This document shows, in pieces, positions 10,037-17,560 of a DNA stretch of 64,000 nucleotides. The notes beneath the pieces were generated by a model. The model was given only the letters and a program-made list of their open reading frames with translations. It was not told the origin of the DNA and did no database searches. Source of the DNA: Phycisphaerae bacterium (GTDB taxonomy: Bacteria > Planctomycetota > Phycisphaerae > UBA1845); the NCBI GenBank assembly GCA_013360585.1, contig JABWBH010000001.1:65820-129819 (forward strand), in the 5' to 3' direction. The first letter of the stretch is position 1, and each line of letters opens with the position of its first letter. A program made the position numbers and the translations under genes.

Positions 10037-10381
10037 TCAGCCGACGCCGCTGCCCGGCGGCACGTCCGTCCACGGACCGACGACGACGACCTGCGACCGG
10101 TCCTCGGTGCTGGCCGCGAGCAACATGCCGTTACTCTCCTCGCCGCGCATCATCCGAGGGGCCAGGTTGGCGACGACGACGATCAGCTTCCCGACCAGAT
10201 CTTCGGGCGCGTAATACGCGCGGATCCCGGCGCAGATCTGCCGCTGCTCCGTCCCGAGATCCACCTTGAGCACCAGCAGCTTGTCCGCGTTGGGATGCGG
10301 TTTCGCCTCCAGTACCTTCGCCACGCGAAGCTGGGCCTTCAGAAAATCGTCGATCGTGATCTGCCCTGCCGGTTCGGACAT
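10037..10381 (-). CDS. tRNA-binding domain protein (CsaA/EMAP-like)
   Basis: ATG at 10381 with GGAAAGG upstream. Sequence ...LRVAKVLEAKPHPNADKLLVLKVDLG...ICAGI... matches the tRNA_bind OB fold. The track ORF extension to 10522 is rejected. Confidence 0.8.
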   Translation of the reverse strand: MSEPAGQITIDDFLKAQLRVAKVLEAKPHPNADKLLVLKVDLGTEQRQICAGIRAYYAPEDLVGKLIVVVANLAPRMMRGEESNGMLLAASTEDRSQVVVVGPWTDVPPGSGVG

Positions 10382-10452
10382 GACCCTTTCCTTTCCCCCG
10401 CGGGAACGCCCCGATCCGCTCATTGCCCGCGTGAGCCTGCCGCGCTCGGACC

Positions 10453-10496
10453 GCGGACCTCCGGTCCGCCTCCCCGAGCCGCGGACCTCGGTCCGC
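10453..10496. repeat. Two further copies of the REP-like palindrome
   Basis: GCGGACCTCCGGTCCGC at 10453-10469 is identical to 5684-5700. GCGGACCTCGGTCCGC at 10481-10496 has a loop 1 nt shorter. Confidence 0.75.
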
Positions 10497-10570
10497 TCTG
10501 CGGGAGCAGCACGTTGCATCATTCCTCACACGACGAACCTGCAACTCAGCGCACGACCGGCGCCTTCGCG

Positions 10571-11281
10571 TCAAAGCCCCAGTTTCACGGCGACGCCGCA
10601 CGCCGCCACCGCCGCCCCCGCGCCCGCGTGCGCAAAGCGCTCCAGTCCCGGAATCCGCACGAACCGCAACCCCCGCGCCGCCGCCATCACAATCAGCAGC
10701 ATCGTTCCCACCGTCGCCGCGCCGAACACCCCCGCCACGCCCGTCGCCGCCCACCACCGGTCCCCTGACGGAACCGCCATCATCAGCGGGATCAGCGGCT
10801 CGCAGGGTCCGAACACAAAGATCGTGAACAAGGTCCACCCGGTCATCGCCGCGCTCCGCCGTGCCGCTGAGGGCGCGCCGCTTCCCGCCAGTCCCGGCTC
10901 GTCCGGTTCACCTGCCGCGTGGTGGTGCGCCGCGTGGCGATCCCGGGCGGCGACGCGCAGCCCCCAGAGCATGTACGCGACGCCGAACCCGACGAGCATC
11001 CAGCCCGCCCAGTCCCCGCGCAGCGCCTCCCACCCGGTCAGTCGTTCCAACGCCACGCGGAACACGATCCCCACCGCGCCCAGCAGGACCGAACTGAGCA
11101 CATGCGCCGCGCCGCACCCGGTCGTGACCCAGAATGTCCGCCGCAAAGACCAGCGTCCCGACCGTGACATCGCGATAAAGGGCACGTAGTGATCCGGACC
11201 CATCACCGTGTGCAGGAAACCCACCGTCGCCGCTGTCAGCAGCAGCGCCCACGTCGTTGTGTCGGTCATCTCCGCAGGCAA
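10571..11281 (-). CDS. Putative Ni/Co-type metal transporter (RcnA/NicO/UreH-like membrane protein) with His-rich loop
   Basis: Polytopic membrane protein. TM1 motif GFLHTVMGPDH, central loop DRHAAHHHAAGEPDE. Family assignment is tentative. Confidence 0.5.
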   Translation of the reverse strand: MPAEMTDTTTWALLLTAATVGFLHTVMGPDHYVPFIAMSRSGRWSLRRTFWVTTGCGAAHVLSSVLLGAVGIVFRVALERLTGWEALRGDWAGWMLVGFGVAYMLWGLRVAARDRHAAHHHAAGEPDEPGLAGSGAPSAARRSAAMTGWTLFTIFVFGPCEPLIPLMMAVPSGDRWWAATGVAGVFGAATVGTMLLIVMAAARGLRFVRIPGLERFAHAGAGAAVAACGVAVKLGL

Positions 11282-11438
11282 GGCAAACTCCCCTCATGAT
11301 TCCCGCCCGGTCGCGCCTGAACCCCGCTCCGTGGCGCGCCCCTACCCAACCGCGGGCGGGCGAGCATAATAAGCACGGGGCAACCGGCGTGCCAGCGGTT
11401 GCCGGAGTTCGAAACCGTCGATCTGAAAGGGGCATCCG

Positions 11439-12164
11439 ATGTCGTCACCGAGTCGCCGTGAAGTGCTGGGATCACTGGGAGCGTTGACCGCGGGGGGTTG
11501 GATTTCGCTCGATGCGCAGGCGATCCCCACGCAGGAGCCGCAAGCCGTCCGACCGCCCAAGGCGTACTCTCTGCCCGAGCTGGGGTACCCCTACGACGCC
11601 CTGGAGCCGCACATTGATGCGAAAACGATGGAGCTGCATCACAGCAAGCATCACGCGGCTTACGTCAAGGGGTTGAACGCGGCGCTCGAAAAACTGGCGC
11701 AGACGCGGGAGGGGGGCAATGTCGACGGCGTGTCGGACGCCACGAACGCCCTTTCGTTTCACGGTTCCGGACACATTCTTCACTGCGTGTTCTGGAAGAA
11801 CATGAAGAAGAACGGCGGCGGCGAGCCGAAGGGCGCCGTCGCGCGGGAGATCGAGCGCGACTTCGGCAGCTTCTCCCGCTTCCAGCAGCATTTCAATAAA
11901 GCCTCGGCCGGCGTGCAGGGCAGCGGCTGGGGCATCCTCGCCTACGAGCCGCTCTCCGGACGCCTCCTCGTGTTCGGGGCGGAGAAACACCAGAATCAGA
12001 CGGTCTGGGGCTGCATTCCGCTCCTGGCGCTGGATGTCTGGGAGCACGCTTACTACCTCAAGCACCAGAACAACCGCGGTGCGTACATCGAGGCGTTCTG
12101 GAACGTCATCGACTGGAGCGACGTCGGCGACCGTCTCGAGGCGGCGAGGAAGCTGGTGTCCTAG
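11439..12164 (+). CDS. Fe/Mn superoxide dismutase with twin-arginine signal peptide
   Basis: SOD_Fe motifs LPELGYPYDALEPHID, ELHHSKHH, DVWEHAYY. N-terminus MSSPSRREVLGSLGALTAGGWISLDAQA is Tat-like. Confidence 0.93.
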   Translation: MSSPSRREVLGSLGALTAGGWISLDAQAIPTQEPQAVRPPKAYSLPELGYPYDALEPHIDAKTMELHHSKHHAAYVKGLNAALEKLAQTREGGNVDGVSDATNALSFHGSGHILHCVFWKNMKKNGGGEPKGAVAREIERDFGSFSRFQQHFNKASAGVQGSGWGILAYEPLSGRLLVFGAEKHQNQTVWGCIPLLALDVWEHAYYLKHQNNRGAYIEAFWNVIDWSDVGDRLEAARKLVS

Positions 12165-12263
12165 GAATACGCCGAGCGCGCGTTGTACCTGGCACGTCAG
12201 TCAGATCAGTTCGTCAAAGCACAACACAGGCTTGAAGGTTCGCCGGCCGTCGAAAGATGACGC

Positions 12264-12581
12264 TCAGCCGGTAATGCTTTCGACTTCGAGGCGCAGGTAC
12301 TGCTGACGGTGACCCGTCTTGCGGCGGTAGTTCTTGCGGCGGCGGAATTTCTGGATCGTGATCTTGTCGCCTTTAAGGCGCTCGAGAATCTTCGCCGTCA
12401 CCTTCGCGCCGGCGACGACCGGCGTGCCCACCTTCGGGGCAGACCCCGTGTCTCCAACGAGAAGAATGCGGTTGAACTCGATCCGGTCCTGCCCGTCGGC
12501 GAGGTCCATCAATTGCACGTCGAAACGGTCGCCCTGAGCGACCTTGTACTGATGACCGCGATCGTCGATGACTGCGTACAC
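12264..12581 (-). CDS. rplU: 50S ribosomal protein L21
   Basis: MYAVI...G.QYKV... and KITIQKFRRRKNYRRKTGHRQ are typical of L21. Confidence 0.95.
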   Translation of the reverse strand: MYAVIDDRGHQYKVAQGDRFDVQLMDLADGQDRIEFNRILLVGDTGSAPKVGTPVVAGAKVTAKILERLKGDKITIQKFRRRKNYRRKTGHRQQYLRLEVESITG

Positions 12582-12706
12582 GTCCGAATCCTCGCCTTCT
12601 GAGGCGTCGCCGGCCCTTCCGCAGGCCGCCCGATGCCGAGTCGGGTATTCTGCGCGAACCTGACCGAGCCGTCAACACGACTGCCGCCTGCCGCGGGAAT
12701 TACCAG

Positions 12707-12735
12707 TTGACATAAAATGTAGCCCAAGATACACT
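12707..12735 (+). promoter_or_regulatory. Sigma-70-type promoter in an AT-rich island upstream of the metal-uptake locus
   Basis: TTGACA (12707-12712), 17 nt, TACACT (12730-12735). Flanked by inverted repeat TGACAT (12708-12713) / ATGTCA (12738-12743), a possible repressor site. Confidence 0.45.
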
Positions 12736-12745
12736 GTATGTCATC

Positions 12746-13747
12746 ATGTTAATCAAGTACCGAACCGATACTACGTCAGAGGCTGCCTGCAAGGGTCTGC
12801 GTCGCACTAGAACAGGGTTCACCCGGATATCTGTGAGAGTCCTCTGGGGAGCGATTCTGACGGCTGGAACGCTTGCCGTGATGGATCAGGGCGGTTCCGC
12901 GAGCGGTCAATCATCGACTGCTGCGGTCGCGCAATCCCCTGAAGACGGAGAAAGGGACGCCGGAGTCCGGAGCGATCAGACCGCGACACGGGAAACTCCC
13001 GGTCCGCTGGTGACGGACAGACCCGACTTCACCGAAAGCACGGAGACCGTCTCGCCGCGCTGGTTTCAACTGGAGGGTGGATACACGTTCACGTACGACC
13101 GCGAGGATGATCAACGTCGGCGCGAGCACGCTGCGCCCGAGTTGCTCCTTCGGGCGGGACTGGCGGAGCGGGTCGAGCTGCGCCTCGGCTGGGCGGGGTA
13201 TGCCTGGACCGAGCTTCATGAGGATGCTGCGCGAGGCGGGGGGCGCACTCGCGGACGCGAGGACTGGTCGCAGGGTGCGGCGGATGTCTCGTTCGGGTTG
13301 AAAGTAAAGCTCGTCGATCAGGCCGGCCTCAGACCTGATTTCGGCGTGATCGTGCAGGCTACGGCGCCGAGCGGCAGCCCGGGTTACTCCTCGGGCGACG
13401 TTGATCCGGAAGTGAAGCTGCTGTGGGCCTACGAACTGACGGAGCGGTTTTCGTTGGCGGGGAACGTCAACCTCGGCGTGCCGACGGAGGAAGCGCACCG
13501 GTTTGTGCAAAGCTCGGCATCCGTGTCGCTGGGAATGTCGGTGGCGGAGCGGATCGGAGCTTACGCGGAGTACTTCGGGTTCTACCCGAACGCCCACGGA
13601 TCGGACTGCGCACATTACCTCAACGGCGGGATGACCTTTCTGATCACCGAGGATTTCCAGCTCGACGTTCGCGCCGGGCTGGGGCTGAACGAAGAGGCGG
13701 ATGATTTTTTCACGGGAGTTGGTTTCGCGTGGAGATTCGGGACATGA
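12746..13747 (+). CDS. Outer-membrane beta-barrel channel (MetA-pathway/transporter-like family)
   Basis: TDRPDFTESTETV...FQLEGGYTFTYD motif and a C-terminal aromatic ending (FAWRFGT). Start uncertain: the ATG at 12746 lies only ~4 nt after the predicted TSS. Confidence 0.6.
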   Translation: MLIKYRTDTTSEAACKGLRRTRTGFTRISVRVLWGAILTAGTLAVMDQGGSASGQSSTAAVAQSPEDGERDAGVRSDQTATRETPGPLVTDRPDFTESTETVSPRWFQLEGGYTFTYDREDDQRRREHAAPELLLRAGLAERVELRLGWAGYAWTELHEDAARGGGRTRGREDWSQGAADVSFGLKVKLVDQAGLRPDFGVIVQATAPSGSPGYSSGDVDPEVKLLWAYELTERFSLAGNVNLGVPTEEAHRFVQSSASVSLGMSVAERIGAYAEYFGFYPNAHGSDCAHYLNGGMTFLITEDFQLDVRAGLGLNEEADDFFTGVGFAWRFGT

Positions 13748-13797
13748 ATGACAGACACGGGGCACGACATCAAGCGGGGCGGAGGCGGAGATCGCAG

Positions 13798-13953
13798 ATG
13801 TGTCGTCCGGCGGGTGCGGCGGCGGCGCTGACGGCGCTGGCGCTGGCGTCCGGCGGCTGCGACGCGGGCAACGCGGTGGCGGACGGTTTGTATATCGGCG
13901 TCAGCGACACGGTCGCGGCGATCGTCATGAGTATTCTTCTGGGGGAGCGGTAG
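13798..13953 (+). CDS. Small hypothetical lipoprotein (51 aa)
   Basis: GGAGGCGGAG RBS at 13781-13790. MCRPAGAAAALTALALASGGC has a lipobox-like end. High GC3. Sits between the OM barrel and the SBP genes. Confidence 0.4.
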   Translation: MCRPAGAAAALTALALASGGCDAGNAVADGLYIGVSDTVAAIVMSILLGER

Positions 13954-13957
13954 GGAC

Positions 13958-14965
13958 ATGATGCGACGGACAGGGATGGGGGCGGCGGCGATCGCGACGA
14001 TCGGCGCGGCGTGGGTCGGGACGTTGTGCTCGCGGGCGTCCACCCCCGCGGCGGCGCGCGTCGAGCGGTACAAGATCACGGCGACGGTGGGGATGGTGGC
14101 GGACATTGTGCGGCAGGTGGCTGGCGATCGGGCGGAGGTGACCAACATCATCGGCGAAGGCGTCGATCCGCACTTGTACAAGCCGACGCGCGGTGACGTG
14201 GCGGCATTGATGTCCGCGGACGCGATCTTCTACAACGGGCTGATGCTCGAGGGGAAGATGGCGGACACGCTGGTGAAGGTTGCGACGTCCGGCAAGAAGG
14301 TCTACGCCGTCACGGAGCTGCTTGACGAGAAAGACCTCCTCGAACCCGAGTCGTTTGCGGGGCACTTCGACCCGCACGTCTGGATGGACGCGTCCGCGTG
14401 GAGCAAGGCCGTCGAGGCGGTTGCGCGCTCGCTGAGCGAGTTTGATCCGCCGAACGCCGCGACCTACCGGGCGAACGCGGATCGCTACCGGAAGGAGCTG
14501 GAGGCGCTTCATGCCTACGTCCGGAAGGTGATCGCCTCGATTCCGCGGGAGCAGCGCGTGCTGATCACGGCGCATGACGCCTTCAACTACTTCGGACGCG
14601 CGTACGACCTCGAGGTGCTGGGGATCCAGGGCATCTCGACGGAGTCCGAGGCCGGTCTGGCGGACATCAACCGGCTGGTGGATCTGATGGTTGCGCGGAA
14701 GGTCCGGGCCGTTTTCGTCGAGACGAGCGTGGCTGACAAGAACGTGCGGGCGCTGGTCGAAGGGGCGAAGGCGAGAGGTCACGAGGTGCGCATCGGCGGG
14801 TCGCTGTTTTCCGACGCGATGGGGAAGCCCGGAACGTATGAAGGCACCTACGTCGGGATGATCGACCACAACGCGACGACGATCGCGCGGGCGCTGGGGG
14901 GCGAGGCGCCGCAACGCGGGATGAGCGGAAAGCTTTCTGAGGCGCTGGGAAGCGATGAAAGGTAA
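13958..14965 (+). CDS. Metal (Mn/Zn/Fe) ABC transporter substrate-binding protein, TroA/ZnuA/MntC family
   Basis: DPHLYKPT, DPHVWMD and ITAHDAFNYF motifs of cluster A-I SBPs. Confidence 0.9.
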   Translation: MMRRTGMGAAAIATIGAAWVGTLCSRASTPAAARVERYKITATVGMVADIVRQVAGDRAEVTNIIGEGVDPHLYKPTRGDVAALMSADAIFYNGLMLEGKMADTLVKVATSGKKVYAVTELLDEKDLLEPESFAGHFDPHVWMDASAWSKAVEAVARSLSEFDPPNAATYRANADRYRKELEALHAYVRKVIASIPREQRVLITAHDAFNYFGRAYDLEVLGIQGISTESEAGLADINRLVDLMVARKVRAVFVETSVADKNVRALVEGAKARGHEVRIGGSLFSDAMGKPGTYEGTYVGMIDHNATTIARALGGEAPQRGMSGKLSEALGSDER

Positions 14966-14971
14966 GGAAAC

Positions 14972-15913
14972 ATGCACCGAAGCCTGAAGGAGGAGGCGTC
15001 GCGTGATGCGCGGTCTCATGAGCGGGCGGAACCGTCGAGCGAGTTCGGCGTCGCGTCTTCGCGGGTCGACGTCCGAGGAACGCAGACCACGGTCACGGCG
15101 GCGTCCGCGGCTTCTCCGCGCATCGCCAGCGGCGAGGAGCATCCGTCCAACTCACCTTTGTCGATTCATGACATGACGGTTGCGTATCACCGCAAACCCG
15201 TCTTGTGGGACGTGGACTTCGACGCTCCGGAAGGCCGGTTGATCGGCATTGTCGGTCCTAACGGCGCGGGGAAGAGCACGTTGTTGAAGGCGGTGCTGGA
15301 GCTGGTTCCGAAGGCGTCGGGACGAGTGACGATCTACGGCGCGCCCTACCGGCGGCAGCGGCGTCTCGTCGGATACGTGCCGCAGCGCGAGAGCGTGGAC
15401 TGGGACTTTCCGGTCAGCGCGCTGGATGTGGTCGCGATGGGGACGTACGCGCGGATCGGCTGGTTAAGACCGGTCACGCGGAAATACAGGGACGCAGCGC
15501 TGGCGGCGCTTTCGCGGGTGGGGATGGCTGACTACGCCGATCGTCAGATCAGCCAGCTTTCCGGCGGACAGCAGCAGCGCGTGTTTCTCGCTCGGGCGCT
15601 GGTTCAGGATGCGAAGGTCTACCTGATGGACGAGCCCTTTGCGGGCGTCGACGCGGCGACGGAGAAGGCGATCGTCCGCATTCTTCACGATCTGCGCGAC
15701 GCGGGGCGGACGGTGCTGGCGGTGCATCACGATCTTCAGACCGTCCCGGAATACTTCGACCACGTGATGCTCCTGAACATGCGGATCGTCGCCAGCGGGC
15801 CGACGCGCGACGTGTTCACGCGCGAGAACCTTCAGAAGACTTACGGCGGGCGTCTCACGCTGCTGGAGCAGGCCGCGCACGCGATGGCGCGGGGAATTGC
15901 GAATTCGGAATAA
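14972..15913 (+). CDS. Metal ABC transporter ATP-binding protein
   Basis: Walker A GPNGAGKST, signature LSGGQQQR, Walker B YLMDEP. The ~60-aa N-terminal extension of the ORF is doubtful and the true start may be further 3'. Confidence 0.9.
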   Translation: MHRSLKEEASRDARSHERAEPSSEFGVASSRVDVRGTQTTVTAASAASPRIASGEEHPSNSPLSIHDMTVAYHRKPVLWDVDFDAPEGRLIGIVGPNGAGKSTLLKAVLELVPKASGRVTIYGAPYRRQRRLVGYVPQRESVDWDFPVSALDVVAMGTYARIGWLRPVTRKYRDAALAALSRVGMADYADRQISQLSGGQQQRVFLARALVQDAKVYLMDEPFAGVDAATEKAIVRILHDLRDAGRTVLAVHHDLQTVPEYFDHVMLLNMRIVASGPTRDVFTRENLQKTYGGRLTLLEQAAHAMARGIANSE

Positions 15914-15920
15914 CGAAGGA

Positions 15921-15974
15921 AATGCAGAATGCAGAATGAAGAATGCAAGATGACTGGCGCAGAATGAAGAATCA
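15921..15974. repeat. AT/purine-rich heptad iteration (AATGCAG AATGCAG AATGAAG AATGCAAG ... AGAATGAAGAATC)
   Basis: AATG recurs with 7-nt period at 15921, 15928, 15935 and 15942, and again at 15963. Lies in the 124-nt gap between the ATPase and permease genes. Confidence 0.7.
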
Positions 15975-16037
15975 AAGAGTGCGGAAAGATGAGCGTGGAT
16001 TGTAAGGATCCAGGGCGCGGAACGGGCGAAGGATCGG

Positions 16038-17537
16038 ATGAGCGCGGGACCGGGGGGTCGTGAAAGCGTGATAGGCGCGGCGTGCTGGAGGGGGCTGGGG
16101 TGCGGGCGCACCAGAGTTGTCGGCTTGCTCGGCGCCCTTGTTATTGTCTGCGCTTCGACTTCGGCGGCAGCGCAGGCGTCGTTCGGACGGTCGAAGTCGC
16201 TTGCGGACACGCGGCTGGAGCTGCCGAGCGCGGCACAGGTGGCAGATGTGCTGCTGCTGCGTGAATACAACACGCGGGTGGTGGTGATCGGAACGATGCT
16301 GCTGGGGCTGGGGGCGGGTGTGATCGGGACGTTTCTGTTGCTGCGGAAGCGGGCGCTGATGGGCGACGCGCTCAGTCATGCGACGCTGCCGGGGATCGCC
16401 CTGGCGTTCATCGTGATGACGCGGTTCGGCGGATCGGGCAAGTCGCTGCCGGGTCTGCTGCTGGGGGCGACGATTTTCGGGGGGATCGGCGTGGCCTGCG
16501 TGCTGCTCATTCGCGGAGCGACGCGGCTGAAGGAGGATACGGCGCTGGGTATCGTGCTGAGCGTGTTCTTCGGTCTGGGGGTGTCGCTGCTGGGGGTGAT
16601 CCAGAAGATGGACACCGGTTCGGCTGCGGGGCTGGAGTCGTTCATCTACGGCAAGACGGCGTCGATGCTGGTGTCGGATGCGAAGCTGATCGCGGGGGCG
16701 GCGGCGCTGACGGTCGTCGGGTGCGTCGTGTTTTACAAGGAGTTCTCGCTGCTGTGCTTTGATGAGAGCTTTGCCCGGTCGCAGGGCTGGCCGCGCTTGC
16801 TGCTGGACGGGGTGATGATGGCGATGGTGGTGATGATCACCGTCATCGGATTGGGTGCGGTGGGGCTGATACTGATGATCGCGCTGCTGGTGATCCCTCC
16901 CGCGGCGGCGCGGTTCTGGTCGCATCGTCTGGGTCCGACGGTGTTGATCGCCGGCGGGATCGGTGCGGTGAGCGGCTGGGTCGGCGCGTCGGTCAGCGCG
17001 TTGGCGGCGCGGTTGCCGGCGGGAGCGATCATTGTGCTGACGGCGGCGTCGGCGTTCGTGTTGAGCATGATCTTCGGCGTGAGGCGGGGGGTGTTGGTGC
17101 GTGCGGTGGAGCAGTGGCGACTTCGGCGATCGGTGGCGCGGCAGCACCTGCTTCGGGCGATGTACGAGGCGGAGGAGTCCGGGGCTGCGGCGGCGGGGGT
17201 GGGAGAGGGCGCATTGCTCCGGGCGCGGACGTGGTCACGGCGGGCGCTGCGCGGGGGATTGCGTCGCGCGCGATCAGCCGGCGAGATCGAGCCTGGCGAT
17301 GCAGGGCGCTGGCGTCTGACGGAGGCGGGGCGTGCTGCGGCGGCCCGCGTCGTTCGTAATCACCGTCTCTGGGAGTTGTACCTGGTGACGCACGCGGACA
17401 TCGCGCCCAGCCACGTCGATCGCGACGCGGACGAACTTGAGCATGTTCTTGGCGCGGCGATGGTTGAGGAGTTGGAGTTGCTGCTGGTGCGTGATGAAAG
17501 CCGGGCGGTCGTTCCGGCCAGCCCTCACGCCTTGTAG
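16038..17537 (+). CDS. Metal ABC transporter permease (ABC-3 family) fused to a C-terminal DtxR/MntR-like domain
   Basis: ABC-3 TM core (LLLRKRALMGDALSHATLPGIA...) followed by ~140 aa ending ...RNHRLWELYLVTHADIAPSHVDRDADELEHVLG, resembling the DtxR wHTH plus dimerisation/metal-binding helix. Confidence 0.85.
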   Translation: MSAGPGGRESVIGAACWRGLGCGRTRVVGLLGALVIVCASTSAAAQASFGRSKSLADTRLELPSAAQVADVLLLREYNTRVVVIGTMLLGLGAGVIGTFLLLRKRALMGDALSHATLPGIALAFIVMTRFGGSGKSLPGLLLGATIFGGIGVACVLLIRGATRLKEDTALGIVLSVFFGLGVSLLGVIQKMDTGSAAGLESFIYGKTASMLVSDAKLIAGAAALTVVGCVVFYKEFSLLCFDESFARSQGWPRLLLDGVMMAMVVMITVIGLGAVGLILMIALLVIPPAAARFWSHRLGPTVLIAGGIGAVSGWVGASVSALAARLPAGAIIVLTAASAFVLSMIFGVRRGVLVRAVEQWRLRRSVARQHLLRAMYEAEESGAAAAGVGEGALLRARTWSRRALRGGLRRARSAGEIEPGDAGRWRLTEAGRAAAARVVRNHRLWELYLVTHADIAPSHVDRDADELEHVLGAAMVEELELLLVRDESRAVVPASPHAL

Positions 17538-17560
17538 GCGAACGAGGACGTTGATGCGTC

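Noticed and set aside
12165-12263. Absence of rpmA after rplU as a possible anomaly
   Set aside because: rplU is followed by a convergent sod gene. Separation of L21 and L27 genes occurs in various lineages and cannot be judged without the full genome.
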